Under the pieces are notes generated by a model. The model was not told the origin of the DNA, ran no database searches, and worked only from the letters and a program-made list of their open reading frames with translations. Made by a program: the position numbers and the translations under genes. Shown piece by piece: positions 63,302-64,000 of a DNA stretch of 64,000 nucleotides (position 1 is the stretch's first letter; each line of letters opens with the position of its first letter). Source of the DNA: Octopus vulgaris (Eukaryota); assembly GCA_951406725.2 (NCBI GenBank), contig OX597814.1:87296001-87360000 (forward strand), written 5' to 3'.

Positions 63302-64000
63302 TGTATGTATGTATGTATGTATGTATTATGTATGCATGTATGTATGCATGTATGTATGTATGTATATACATATACATACATATATATACATGTATGTGTG
63401 TGTATGTATATATACGTGATATGTATATACAAATATATGTGTGTATGTGTATATATGCATACATAAGTACCTGTATGCGCGCGTGCGTGTGACTGTATGT
63501 AGCGCGTGTGCGCCCGCGGGTATGTATATCCTGTATGCACACGCATATGCGTGTATGAATACATTTATGGATAGCGTGAGCATGCACGTGTATACATGTG
63601 GGTATGTATATGCGTATGTATAAATATGTGTGTATTTATGTGTGTGTATATGTATGTATACATATGCGCACATGTATATGCGCATGTGTGTGCGCGCGTA
63701 CGTATGTCATTATACCTTCTTTCGTTTTCTCTGATTTCTACCTATCACACTAACCTATCACATGCCTCCATTTATAGAAATCTGACATCCTTTTTCTTCC
63801 CTCCACTTTAAATTTTACTACTAGAACTACAACTCATTTTGGTATCACCGCACCCATGCCTTTTCTCTTCCCATTCCTTAATACAACCCTATCGTATCAC
63901 TACTACTCATATATCTCACACTTATTCACTCCTTACCTTCTCATCTCTACCTATCTACCCCTCCCCCACTCTTCTCCCATCATCCCCTCACATTATTTTG

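Overview
This is AT-rich, microsatellite-dense eukaryotic genomic DNA. The SINE families and repeat landscape suggest an octopus or other coleoid cephalopod (inference from recalled repeats, not a database search). The only host gene I can support is the 5' half of a minus-strand M14A zinc pro-carboxypeptidase (CPA/CPB-like). Six phase-consistent GT-AG exons (37403-37478, 35082-35218, 28698-28788, 23165-23266, 7097-7201, 2753-2863) give a pro-domain, an RRAKR furin-type site, the zinc motif DAGMHGREW and NPDGY. A candidate first exon lies at 37680-37735, and the 3' exons must lie beyond the left edge. The rest is largely transposon-derived: tRNA-derived SINEs, RTE, Tx1, Dong/R4, CRE, I/Jockey-like and Penelope remnants, maT and mariner fossils, 8-bp-TSD MITEs, Helitrons and two related solo LTRs. 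The most notable finding is an apparently intact type I hammerhead ribozyme (26556-26628) inside a young 498-bp partially tandem, non-coding unit (retrozyme-like), with several degenerate hammerhead relics elsewhere. Other highlights are a Tx1 family apparently targeting (GATA)n, a CRE element with twin-priming-like 5' inversion geometry, and a fold-back of a tRNA-containing 284-bp repeat beside the zinc-binding exon. Most entries in the ORF track are microsatellite artefacts.
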